A stretch of DNA of 26,455 nt from the UHGV virus genome UHGV-0075053; one strand, written 5' to 3'. Source of the DNA: a virus. Positions 1 to 8,209 of this stretch are shown here, in pieces; position 1 is the stretch's first letter, and each line of letters opens with the position of its first letter. The translations under genes were made by a program, and so were the position numbers. The notes under the pieces are model-generated. The model was not told the DNA's origin and ran no database searches. It saw nothing but the letters and a program-made list of their open reading frames with translations.

Positions 1-41
1 GTGGGCCACGGAACCGGTACACCAACAGGCAATGCAGAGCC

Positions 42-67
42 TTCCCCCAAACCAACGTTTATCTCTC
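42..67. other. putative gix/pix-type recombination crossover site upstream of the invertase gene
   Basis: 26-bp TTCCCCCAAACCAACGTTTATCTCTC resembles the gix pattern TTCC..AAACC-NN-GGTTT (left half 9/12 vs gixL from memory); sits directly 5' of the invertase as in Mu gin and e14 pin. Confidence 0.35.
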
Positions 68-121
68 AAATCCTCCCCACATTATCTCAGTACTTTAACC
101 ACTCAAAAGGGAGTATTTTTA

Positions 122-694
122 ATGCTGATTGGCTACATACGTGTGTCAACAAATGACCAAAACACAGATTTGCAACGCAAAGCATTAATGTGCGCAGGAT
201 GTGAACAGATTTTTGAGGACAAAATGAGCGGAACCAAGTCGGAACGTCCAGGCCTGAAACGCGCTTTAAAGTGCCTTAAAAGAGGGGATACATTGGTGGT
301 CTGGAAGCTGGATCGGTTGGGTAGAAGAATGAAACACCTCATTGCTCTCACAGAAGAGCTACGCGCAAAAGGTGTCAATTTTCGCAGTCTGACGGATTCA
401 ATCGATACCAGCACTCCGATGGGAAGGTTCTTTTTTCATATGATGGGTGCACTGGCAGAAATGGAGCGTGAACTGATAGTTGAGCGCACGCTGGCAGGAC
501 TGGCTGCTGCGCGAGCACAAGGGAGAGTTGGAGGACGTCGCCCGAAACTGACGAAGGAGCAGCATGAGCAGATCGCAAGATTGCTCCAGAAAGGGTATGA
601 CAGAAAGCGGCTGGCAATTATCTATGATATTGGACTGTCAACGATCTACCGCTACCACCCTGTTGGGACTGTCATAACGCAACCTGAAATGTAA
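122..694 (+). CDS. pin: serine recombinase, DNA invertase (Pin/Gin/Hin/Cin family)
   Basis: Translation from ATG 122 (MLIGYIRVSTNDQNTDLQR...GDTLVVWKLDRLGR...) closely matches the e14 PinE N-terminal resolvase domain with catalytic Ser in YIRVST; C-terminal HTH region diverges. The ORF-track start at 32 is an upstream extension across the crossover site. Confidence 0.9.
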   Translation: MLIGYIRVSTNDQNTDLQRKALMCAGCEQIFEDKMSGTKSERPGLKRALKCLKRGDTLVVWKLDRLGRRMKHLIALTEELRAKGVNFRSLTDSIDTSTPMGRFFFHMMGALAEMERELIVERTLAGLAAARAQGRVGGRRPKLTKEQHEQIARLLQKGYDRKRLAIIYDIGLSTIYRYHPVGTVITQPEM

Positions 695-834
695 TTCTTT
701 TTCAAATAATGAAACGCCGCGTGGATGCCATTTATCGCACAAGATAGAGTGCATTTATCGCGCGGCGCATCATACAGCCCTTTAGCCTCCAGTTCTTCCG
801 CTTTGCTGTCTTTAATCATGCTGTACCTCACTGC

Positions 835-1260
835 TTAAAACGGTATTCCGTCCCCGTACGGATCATCGTGCTGGCCTGTCTGTTGTTTTGCCCTGTTCAG
901 TGCGTCAGTAGCCTGGCCCTGCTGGCCTTTTTTGCCGCCCGGTCGCGCCGTTCGCGCACTGATTACGCTGTCTGCGATGACCTGCCAGCCCTGCCGCGTT
1001 TCGCCGTTCTGGCCTGTCCACTGGCTTACCTGCATGTTACCCGCCACGCTCACCAGTTCGCCTTTCTGGTGTTTTGCCAGTGCGTCGGCCTGTCTGCCAA
1101 ACGCCAGGACGGATAACCACATCGTCGCCGTTCCGTCATCTGCCTGGCTGCATGGCAGGGGAACCGCCATACTCGCCATCGCCATTTGTGTTCCCTTGCT
1201 GGTGGTCTTTAACTGCGGGTCAGCCACCAGCCGCCCGTAAGCCGCTATCTGTGCTGTCAT
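835..1260 (-). CDS. SSB-like single-stranded DNA-binding protein
   Basis: OB-fold-like pattern (GRLVADPQL...TMWLSVLAFGRQADALAKHQKGELVSVAG...W) and Gly/Gln-rich tail ending DDPYGDGIPF, resembling the SSB acidic C-terminal tip; ATG at 1260 with GGAGAA upstream. Confidence 0.6.
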   Translation of the reverse strand: MTAQIAAYGRLVADPQLKTTSKGTQMAMASMAVPLPCSQADDGTATMWLSVLAFGRQADALAKHQKGELVSVAGNMQVSQWTGQNGETRQGWQVIADSVISARTARPGGKKGQQGQATDALNRAKQQTGQHDDPYGDGIPF

Positions 1261-1323
1261 GCTGTCTGTTCTCCGGTTTTAACGTTGATTGTTACGCTTG
1301 TTTACACCCTTATGGTGAAATTC

Positions 1324-1470
1324 TGCGGGTTATAATCGCACTTTTGCGGGTTATAACTGCCGTTTTGCGGGTTATTTTGGGTATTTTACGGGTTACGATT
1401 TTCCTGCCATTCCTTTAATAATCATATGGATACTGATTTATCCACAGAAATAACCCGCATAACCCGCAAA
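1324..1470. repeat. putative replication origin iterons of the satellite element
   Basis: Direct repeats TGCGGGTTAT(A) at 1324, 1345, 1366 and a degenerate copy at 1388, with exact 21-bp phasing; inverted copies ATAACCCGCATAACCCGCAAA at 1450-1470; lies between the ssb and primase genes. Confidence 0.6.
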
Positions 1471-1496
1471 ATTTTCACCCTACACGCGAGAAAAAA

Positions 1497-3623
1497 TTAA
1501 TCTTCTTCGCTTTCTGGCTGGAACATCAGCACGTAAAAAACATGCTGCTTCCCCCCAATTTTGCCGAGCGCCTTTTTCTTGTAACGGCGATCGTTACCCG
1601 CTTCCAGCATTCCGGCAGCACTCAACGCGCGGGCAAAGTGAGACGGATTAAATCCCTGTGCTATCTCACCCTCAAATACATGCGGGAACGTGTAAAAACG
1701 GAACTCGTCATCTTCGTTTCTGATACTCCCCTTTCTGTATCCGGCAAGCTCTTTAATCGGTAAATCACGCTCGTCAGAGTTGGGCCAGGGAAGGTATCTG
1801 CTGAATCCGAACGACGCTAAAAAAGCCTCTGCCTGTTCAACCATCTGTTTAAACTCCCTGTTACCCGTGCCGAACTCCTTCACCCAGGCATTAAAATTAT
1901 GCTGTATGGCATCGCGGCATTCCTGCTCATCCCAGCCAGTAACATGACCTGAAAGCACAAGCGCGGCCTCCAGTATGGCAAATCGCTCCCCCACACGGTG
2001 AACCTGTTCGCCGTAGCTCTCCGGTATCAGGTTGCGCCACCGCTCACGGCATGTCCTTACCGTGTCCTTTGCCTCCTGCTGGTGTTCTGCCAGCCATTTA
2101 ACCCACTCACGACCCGCCGCCCCGTGATTTGCTGTCCAGGCATCCTTTAACGCGTCTGCGTGCGCCTTTCCGGTGCTGTATTCGTGAAATTGCGTGGCTT
2201 TTTCCATCGGAACGTTAAGCAGGCGGACAAGCTGCCCCGCTTTGACTTTTATCCCCTCCGTTTTGAGGAATGTCTCAACGTCCATTTCTCCGGTGCTGAT
2301 TGCCACCGTTCGCCAGTGTTTTATCTCCCTGTTGCCGCCGTCCTTTGCCCCCTGTAATTTCCCGGAACCGTTAAACAGCGTATAGGCTGACGTGGACACC
2401 TCCCGCGCGTTTCCGGCCTGGCCTATTTCATCCAGGGGTAAAAGCCCGTCATTGTGTGCCTCTGCTTCGTTGGCGATACCTAACGCTGTGCCGTACCAGG
2501 TCAGCCGCTGCGCGTCCGGCTCTCCCCATAAACTTGATGCGATGTTCTGCGTTGTGGTCTTACCTGCCGATGACTGTTCGAAAAGATGTACCCCGAAGCC
2601 GTCAGCGCCCACCAGCCCGATTAATGGTGCGGATAACGATACCGCCACCCCCAGCATCATGGACGGATTACCACCAGCCAGTCGCGCCACGGTGTCGCGC
2701 CAGCCCTCCGCCGTTCCTGCCACGGAATAGCCATTAACAGCAGCAGTTTTTCCGGTAAACAGGACTGGCTTTTCGCAATCACCAATGACCGAACCGTCCG
2801 GCATGATGTACGCGCCAAAATGCCAGCCCGTTGTTGTGCTTAACTGCCATTCCTCATGGCTTCCGCTTAACTGCATCCAGTCAGCCAGGATTGCCCTGTA
2901 TTTACCGTTGGTTGTTACGTTCAGTCCGTGGTCTTTCAGCAGCCGCCAGCCGTCACGGTCGCCAATGCCACCGCACGGAACCGCCATTGTGATGACTTCA
3001 TGATTTGCTGGCTTTTTCCAGCGCATCACGCGGTAATGTTCTTTGCCGATTGTCCCCGTTCCCAGCAGTTCAAGCGGGGAACATAACCACGTCTCAGGCC
3101 GGATAATTTCGCCTGACTGCTTGTCCACTTTTGGCGTAACCCAGAAAACACCATCGGCGCGGCTTTCAACGCGGGGCTTTAATTCATCATCACCCGGGCT
3201 TTCTGTGATTTTTTTCTTTAAGGGCAACACCAGACTTTCCCCGCGCTCGTATTCGTCTTTGAGGCGAGGCAACTGGTCGGATAAATCCGCCGGGCTGGTG
3301 TCAGTTATCCCCGCGTATTCGTATACGGTCTTCACGCCAGCCACAGCCAGCAACGTGACGATCTGTGTAAGGCTACGTTCAGTGATGTGCCCTGCGCGGT
3401 AAATACGCACACACTGACGGCTATCATCAATAATTTGATAACCGGTAATATCTTTCAGGTGTTCATCTGACAGAACGACAGGCGGCACATTGTCGGCGGC
3501 AATATGCTTACCTGCCCATTCCTGCCACTCTTTCGCATGGCTCCACGCATCACTACCCGCAAAGATGATAACCTCCGTCATTTTGTCGGCTGGCTGGTGC
3601 TTTAAGTTTGGTGCGCGCTTCAT
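1497..3623 (-). CDS. primase/helicase-type replication protein of mobile elements (DUF927-like with P-loop)
   Basis: 708 aa; Walker-A-like SSAGKTTTQ; overall resemblance to primase-helicase proteins of E. coli integrative elements (from memory); start ATG overlaps the upstream gene stop (ATGA). Confidence 0.7.
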   Translation of the reverse strand: MKRAPNLKHQPADKMTEVIIFAGSDAWSHAKEWQEWAGKHIAADNVPPVVLSDEHLKDITGYQIIDDSRQCVRIYRAGHITERSLTQIVTLLAVAGVKTVYEYAGITDTSPADLSDQLPRLKDEYERGESLVLPLKKKITESPGDDELKPRVESRADGVFWVTPKVDKQSGEIIRPETWLCSPLELLGTGTIGKEHYRVMRWKKPANHEVITMAVPCGGIGDRDGWRLLKDHGLNVTTNGKYRAILADWMQLSGSHEEWQLSTTTGWHFGAYIMPDGSVIGDCEKPVLFTGKTAAVNGYSVAGTAEGWRDTVARLAGGNPSMMLGVAVSLSAPLIGLVGADGFGVHLFEQSSAGKTTTQNIASSLWGEPDAQRLTWYGTALGIANEAEAHNDGLLPLDEIGQAGNAREVSTSAYTLFNGSGKLQGAKDGGNREIKHWRTVAISTGEMDVETFLKTEGIKVKAGQLVRLLNVPMEKATQFHEYSTGKAHADALKDAWTANHGAAGREWVKWLAEHQQEAKDTVRTCRERWRNLIPESYGEQVHRVGERFAILEAALVLSGHVTGWDEQECRDAIQHNFNAWVKEFGTGNREFKQMVEQAEAFLASFGFSRYLPWPNSDERDLPIKELAGYRKGSIRNEDDEFRFYTFPHVFEGEIAQGFNPSHFARALSAAGMLEAGNDRRYKKKALGKIGGKQHVFYVLMFQPESEED

Positions 3624-3934
3624 TTTGCCTTTCTCCGTTCACGAATAATTTCACGTACTGCCTTAATGCGTTCCATACCTGTAACGCGCATGATTCTGTC
3701 GATGTCGCTTAAGTTCGCTGGTGGTGCTTTGCTTACCAGGGTGAATTCACTCTCAAAACGCATATGTGACGACACGCAGGGATGCGCATAACCTTCGCGG
3801 ATATAGGTCACGCGAAAATCATCGACGGTTTTAATCGTTATCGTGCTGCCGTATTTATCCTGGAAAATATCGCCGGGGCGGATTTCAGGCCGAGCGGAGC
3901 CGCTGGCAGTAAAGCCAGAATTTTTCTTTTTCAT
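3620..3934 (-). CDS. hypothetical protein (104 aa), translationally coupled to the primase
   Basis: ORF with ATGA overlap onto the primase start; GGAG-type RBS; no recognisable motif. Confidence 0.5.
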   Translation of the reverse strand: MKKKNSGFTASGSARPEIRPGDIFQDKYGSTITIKTVDDFRVTYIREGYAHPCVSSHMRFESEFTLVSKAPPANLSDIDRIMRVTGMERIKAVREIIRERRKAK

Positions 3935-3940
3935 GTTTTT

Positions 3941-4159
3941 TTACTCCAGAGGCCGCTTTTTAGCGAAGAGTTCAATATCAGATGTCAGAGAAACCTGTGT
4001 ATTTGCCAGGTCTAACAACAAAGAAATAAGAATTTCCTCTCTGCTATCTGATTTATCGGTGCTAAGGCTGTTCATCCACATATTGACGACTTCCCTGATT
4101 TTTTTCGCAGAGTGCATGGCTTCAAATGCCAGGTCTTCAATATCATGTTTATTTCGCAT
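3941..4159 (-). CDS. hypothetical small protein (start uncertain, 72-94 aa)
   Basis: ORF in the same operon; internal Met at 4159 gives minimal overlap with the upstream gene. Confidence 0.4.
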   Translation of the reverse strand: MRNKHDIEDLAFEAMHSAKKIREVVNMWMNSLSTDKSDSREEILISLLLDLANTQVSLTSDIELFAKKRPLE

Positions 4160-4361
4160 AATCGCCCCCGCGTAACTGGTCTGCACTAACACCCGATTTA
4201 GTGAGCATTTCAGAAAATCCCGCAAGAGTGCTGATAAATTCGTTTTCCATTAAACGGCACTGGCATTTAACCCGGCCTTTTTCCAGATACACCAGTACGC
4301 ACCCCGTATAATCTGACGGCACATTCAGCACTACAGATAAGTGCGCTTCATTATTATTCAT
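4149..4361 (-). CDS. hypothetical small protein (70 aa)
   Basis: ORF in the minus-strand operon; start overlaps the stop of the upstream gene. Confidence 0.4.
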   Translation of the reverse strand: MNNNEAHLSVVLNVPSDYTGCVLVYLEKGRVKCQCRLMENEFISTLAGFSEMLTKSGVSADQLRGGDYAK

Positions 4362-4590
4362 GGCTCACCACCTCCATATCAGCCATGATAATTTTGCTGG
4401 CCTCATTCAGTGCCATATCAGCACTAAGTTGCATTACAGCCAGTGAATGAGGAACGAAAGCCCCGGCATATTCTGTTTCGCTGGTGGCGTGCTTATGCGC
4501 CTTGTCTGCGATAACAGAAATATCAATCAGCGCGTGCATCAGCGTTTTGATGGCTTCGGCGGCTGCGTCCGGACGGGTGTTATTGCACAT
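4354..4590 (-). CDS. hypothetical small protein (78 aa)
   Basis: ORF in the operon; its ATG at 4588-4590 overlaps the stop of the upstream 68-aa gene. Confidence 0.45.
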   Translation of the reverse strand: MCNNTRPDAAAEAIKTLMHALIDISVIADKAHKHATSETEYAGAFVPHSLAVMQLSADMALNEASKIIMADMEVVSHE

Positions 4591-4786
4591 GGAGCACCCC
4601 CTGACGAATACGGGCGGCGAATACCATCACGCAGCCAGCCGGGGATTGCTGGCGTGCTTCCTGTTCGCTGGTGGCCACGATGTGAATCACGCGCGGTTGT
4701 GCGGTGCTCAGGGCGATAAAACGCCAGATGTATTTATTCAGGTTGTGCGAGTCCCGCCCTTGCGGGTGTGTGGTATGATTTCTCAT
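4580..4786 (-). CDS. hypothetical small protein (68 aa), first gene of the leftward satellite operon
   Basis: ATG at 4786 preceded by GAGGT RBS; located just downstream of the palindromic operator region; the longer 301-aa ORF-track version is judged an artefact. Confidence 0.5.
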   Translation of the reverse strand: MRNHTTHPQGRDSHNLNKYIWRFIALSTAQPRVIHIVATSEQEARQQSPAGCVMVFAARIRQGVLHVQ

Positions 4787-4863
4787 AGCTACCTCGATAC
4801 TCTTGCTATCGTTGGTGGTTAGACGCCCTGCATGTGTTGCGAGCACTGCGGGGCGTTGCTTAA

Positions 4864-4964
4864 TTTGAGTGACAAAACTCAAACTGTGCGCACAGATTAA
4901 AATCATGTGTGCGCACATGTCAATACTTAACATCTCATTTTTTTTGCTGTATTGTGTGCGCCCA
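4864..4964. promoter_or_regulatory. divergent promoter/operator region with TGTGCGCACA palindromes
   Basis: 7-bp inverted repeat TTTGAGT-N6-ACTCAAA (4864-4883); 12-bp perfect palindrome CTGTGCGCACAG (4884-4895); second TGTGCGCACA core (4908-4917); degenerate copy TGTGTGCGCCCA (4953-4964); between divergent genes at 4786 and 4992. Confidence 0.6.
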
Positions 4965-4991
4965 TAAAGTCCATTTAAGTGAGGTGCATCA

Positions 4992-5189
4992 ATGTCTAGC
5001 GGTAACACAAACAACAAATCAGCAAAGAAAAATATTCGATTCCCACATGAGCTTATAGATGGGATTGATGCCAGCGTTGAACAAGAAAAATTAACTAATC
5101 CTAGTGCTAATTTTTCCGCATGGGTCTTAGATGCCTGTGGACGCAAATTAAAATATGAACAGCGCCGGAAGGCCAAAGAATCAGAATAA
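4992..5189 (+). CDS. ribbon-helix-helix (Arc/CopG-like) putative transcriptional regulator
   Basis: 65 aa; KNIRFPHELIDGIDASV...ANFSAWVLDAC fits a beta-strand plus two-helix RHH pattern; GTGAGGTG RBS 6 nt before ATG; directly downstream of the palindromic operators. Confidence 0.55.
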   Translation: MSSGNTNNKSAKKNIRFPHELIDGIDASVEQEKLTNPSANFSAWVLDACGRKLKYEQRRKAKESE

Positions 5190-5231
5190 TCACTATCAGC
5201 GCCGTGGTGTGAGTAACTACGGCGCATTGCT

Positions 5232-5420
5232 ATGCAGGACAACACAATGACCGATAAAGAATTGACCAAAACATTATCACCGACACGGAAAAGACGGCGC
5301 AGAAAGATAGAGCATGAATCAGAAAGATTCGCACCTTGTTCGTTTGCTCTTGAGAAATTCCTTAAAGAGCGCAGGAAAAAGCTCTCGTTGCAAACCTTGG
5401 AACGAACCAAATCTGACTGA
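5232..5420 (+). CDS. hypothetical small basic protein (start 5232 or 5247)
   Basis: ORF downstream of the RHH gene on the same strand; Arg/Lys-rich; no recognisable motif. Confidence 0.35.
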   Translation: MQDNTMTDKELTKTLSPTRKRRRRKIEHESERFAPCSFALEKFLKERRKKLSLQTLERTKSD

Positions 5421-5611
5421 TCACATTGCCCACCAGCCGCAAATGTGGCATTGTTGGTGATGCTTTTGTTTTCCCTTGTTCCCACTGGCTACCCTTTTGC
5501 GGTCGCCTTTGTTTTGCCTGTTATCCGGCAATAGTGGCGCTTCGTCACCTGTCTGATATAATTCCACTGCTTATATTCATTTTTTGCGCAGTAGGTTAAT
5601 TGTTCGCAAGG

Positions 5612-5642
5612 GCGCTCCGGCAACGGGGCGCTTTTTGTTTTT
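5612..5642 (+). terminator. rho-independent terminator
   Basis: Stem GCGCTCC/GGGGCGC with 6-nt loop followed by TTTTTGTTTTT. Confidence 0.55.
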
Positions 5643-5800
5643 ACCCACCAGCACAATAAAAATCTTCATTTTCCATTTTTGTAAAATTTCATGCTTTCCG
5701 GACGACTGGTCATATGTCATTTTTTAGCAGAAGATTTTGCCTTGCTGGTGGGTAGCTTCCCGGTCAACACGATGTACCGTATAATCAACACCGCGTGTGG

Positions 5801-6382
5801 TTACTGAATACGCTCACCAAAGTAAAACTCAGGCTGGTATTCACGTATCAGCCTTTTTTCTTCTTCCTCCAGCTCACGCTTTTTGCGCTTACATGCCTGT
5901 AGCTCCCTCCCCTTCTCGCTGGCACTTATCTGATATTGCTCTTTGCGGCGGGAAAAATCCTGTAATGCGCCCCACGGGATACCATAAGCCCCCGTTTTTC
6001 TGATACCCGGTATCACATTTCTGAATACCCAGTTACTGAAACGATGGGCGAACGTGCCAGGAGTAGCAGCTTTGCGACTTCTGGCAATCAGCTTGTAAAA
6101 GCCAGATTCAGAAACGACGCTATGATTTGGATTTCCGCGAATACCGTAAGTTAAAGTTACGGTATTACTTTCATCATCATCCAGAGCTTGCAACGCCATG
6201 CGTGAATTGGATAATTCAAGCGCCGCACAAACATCCTTTGCAACAAACCACGGATCGCCGTTCAGATACACCACACGAACATCCACGCCATCAAAACGTA
6301 GAACGACCTGATCACGAATATCGCAGAATTTTTTCACTGGACGTGCATTCCCCTTGCCCATCATGGCAATATTTTTATTCAT
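5801..6382 (-). CDS. Bro-N domain protein (phage antirepressor-like)
   Basis: N-terminal VRVVYLNGDPWFVAKDVCAALEL motif typical of the Bro-N family; ATG at 6382 with GAGGTAG RBS (ORF-track start at 6385 is GTG). Confidence 0.65.
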   Translation of the reverse strand: MNKNIAMMGKGNARPVKKFCDIRDQVVLRFDGVDVRVVYLNGDPWFVAKDVCAALELSNSRMALQALDDDESNTVTLTYGIRGNPNHSVVSESGFYKLIARSRKAATPGTFAHRFSNWVFRNVIPGIRKTGAYGIPWGALQDFSRRKEQYQISASEKGRELQACKRKKRELEEEEKRLIREYQPEFYFGERIQ

Positions 6383-6401
6383 CACTTTCTACCTCACATA
6401 C

Positions 6402-6429
6402 AAAAAACCCCGCATTGCGTGGTGCGGGG
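6402..6429 (-). terminator. rho-independent terminator (minus strand)
   Basis: Stem CCCCGCA/TGCGGGG with 8-nt loop; T-run on the minus strand (A-run 6402-6407 on plus). Confidence 0.55.
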
Positions 6430-6439
6430 TTGTCGGTAA

Positions 6440-6718
6440 TTACTTATTGGCGTTTTTGTATGGGCTGTTTACTTCCTTTACTCCTGGCGGATGCATAACC
6501 CACCAGAGCACATCAGAGAGCAACCAGGAAACAGACACTTTCCCTAAATGAGCACGAGCAGGAAATGCTCCCTCCTGTTCAAGTACCCAACGTCTGCTTC
6601 TTGAAAGCCCGGTACGATTGGCACACTCATGTTCGCGTATACGGCGATCATACGGTTCGCCATGCTCTTTCAGAATCTGAATGCGTTCTTCGGGTGTAGG
6701 ATAAATAAATTTTTGCAT
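6440..6718 (-). CDS. AlpA-family DNA-binding protein (second copy)
   Basis: ECANRTGLSRSRRWVLEQEGAFPARAHLGKVSVSWLLSDVLWWV resembles the AlpA/Phage_AlpA HTH pattern; start taken at ATG 6718 because the ORF-track start 6748 overlaps the upstream terminator. Confidence 0.55.
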   Translation of the reverse strand: MQKFIYPTPEERIQILKEHGEPYDRRIREHECANRTGLSRSRRWVLEQEGAFPARAHLGKVSVSWLLSDVLWWVMHPPGVKEVNSPYKNANK

Positions 6719-6730
6719 AAAAATATCACC

Positions 6731-6758
6731 TATAAAAAAACCCGCCAAAAGACGGGTT
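6731..6758 (-). terminator. rho-independent terminator (minus strand)
   Basis: Stem AACCCG/CGGGTT with 8-nt loop; T-run on the minus strand. Confidence 0.5.
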
Positions 6759-6781
6759 GATTATATCTCATTTAATTTAGC

Positions 6782-7015
6782 TCAGGGTTTCCATTCACCC
6801 TTTACCCATTCCAGCACCTCAGATAAGCGCCAGACTTTTGTTTGTGGGCCAATACATATTTTTCGTGGAAATTTTCCTTCCTTTTCAAGTAACGATCTGT
6901 GTCTCCTGCCAAGAGCGGTTAACCATGCACATTCATCTTCCTTAATCATCCTGTCGATTGTTTTATCATTTTCAAGTTCTTCACGCGTAACTATTTGAAT
7001 CATTACCGTCACCAC
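6782..7015 (-). CDS. AlpA-family regulator adjacent to the integrase (start uncertain: 7015, 7003 or 6949)
   Basis: ECAWLTALGRRHRSLLEKEGKFPRKICIGPQTKVWRLSEVLEWV matches the AlpA pattern; position immediately downstream of int as in P4-like islands. Confidence 0.6.
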   Translation of the reverse strand: MVTVMIQIVTREELENDKTIDRMIKEDECAWLTALGRRHRSLLEKEGKFPRKICIGPQTKVWRLSEVLEWVKGEWKP

Positions 7016-8204
7016 TAATTAGCTTATTCAGATAGTCATACCACCAATTCATAGCTTCTTTTTTTCTGTCCATATACTGGCTTCTGTTATAAACCCCGGC
7101 AACACCGCCTAATGTGTGCCCAAGCAACTGTTCAACCACATTATGTTCAAAACCATGATCACTTAGCTTTGTGGCAAACACTCTTCGCATATCATGCGCC
7201 GTCCATTTCTCCGAGTGTTTCATCCTTTTCCATGTCTTACCGATAGTTACGCTTGCCGTACACTGACGCATATCAAACCCAATCACATTTTCTTTGTTAC
7301 CTGTTATTTTTTTTAACGTAACTAACCAGTTAAACATGCCATCAGGAATCGGTCTGATTATTTCCCTGCCATTTTTGCTATGATCAGCGGGAACGCGCCA
7401 TAATTTCTTATCAAAATCCCACTCTCCCCAGGAGGACAGTAATACTTCTGACAGTCGACAACCAAAAACTACCAGGAAACGTAAAATAATTCGGTTTTCA
7501 TATGATAATTCGTGATTGTCATAATCAGTATTAATACTTCGCCATAAATCTCTGATTTCATCATCTGTTAAAACCCTGCTTCTTCGCGCAGACTTTTTTC
7601 CCACATCACAGACCTCAAGATCATCAATTTCATGACTAATCGCGTATTTTCTTACCCGACAAAATTTAAGCGCCTGTTTTGATATACGCAACAAAGCTCC
7701 GGCCTGTACAGGTGCTACTTTTTTTATTTTGTCAAAACACTTGATCCACATAGATATAGAGCAATCACTAAGTGGTACATGACCAATCACCGGATAAATA
7801 TGTTTACCAAAGCACTGCCTGATATGTTCTGCTCCCCTACGCTTATCCATTGCATAATTATCAAGCCAGTATTCAAGTGCCTCACGAACGGTAACAGGTT
7901 GCAAGGTGGCTTCCCGTTCAATTTTTATCTGAATCCGTGGATCTCTGCCCTCCGCAAGCCAGGTTCGACACTGATCGCGCATCTCTCTCGCTGATTTGAG
8001 ACTCAGATCAGGATATTTCCCAAGTGTCAGCCAGATGGGCGCGGTTCCCCTTCCCGCCAGTCTGTAAAAGAAAACAAAACTAACACATCCGTATTTACTG
8101 ACCCGTACCGAAAGCCCGTTACCATCAGCGATGGTTTCCTGCCTCTCACTCCTGCGCCCAAGCAGGGAACGAAGTTTTTTATCGCTCAGTTTGTTTAGCG
8201 CCAT
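6981..8204 (-). CDS. int: tyrosine integrase, P4-like
   Basis: N-terminal arm-binding pattern (LSDKKLRSL...GNGLSVRVSKYG...FVFFYR), C-terminal catalytic region with HxxR-like LLGH and conserved Tyr context; start set to ATG 8204 (MALNKLSDKK). Confidence 0.85.
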   Translation of the reverse strand: MALNKLSDKKLRSLLGRRSERQETIADGNGLSVRVSKYGCVSFVFFYRLAGRGTAPIWLTLGKYPDLSLKSAREMRDQCRTWLAEGRDPRIQIKIEREATLQPVTVREALEYWLDNYAMDKRRGAEHIRQCFGKHIYPVIGHVPLSDCSISMWIKCFDKIKKVAPVQAGALLRISKQALKFCRVRKYAISHEIDDLEVCDVGKKSARRSRVLTDDEIRDLWRSINTDYDNHELSYENRIILRFLVVFGCRLSEVLLSSWGEWDFDKKLWRVPADHSKNGREIIRPIPDGMFNWLVTLKKITGNKENVIGFDMRQCTASVTIGKTWKRMKHSEKWTAHDMRRVFATKLSDHGFEHNVVEQLLGHTLGGVAGVYNRSQYMDRKKEAMNWWYDYLNKLISGDGNDSNSYA

Positions 8205-8209
8205 GTGAT

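Noticed and set aside
1074-1418. 114-aa plus-strand ORF across the ssb-primase intergenic region
   Set aside because: Its translation is the iteron repeat read as protein (reiterated LRVI peptide); it overlaps the ssb gene antisense
4787-5485. N-terminal 230 aa of the 301-aa minus-strand ORF (4580-5485)
   Set aside because: Runs antisense through the RHH gene and across the palindromic operator/promoter region with low-complexity translation; only the C-terminal 68 aa from ATG 4786 with a good RBS is kept
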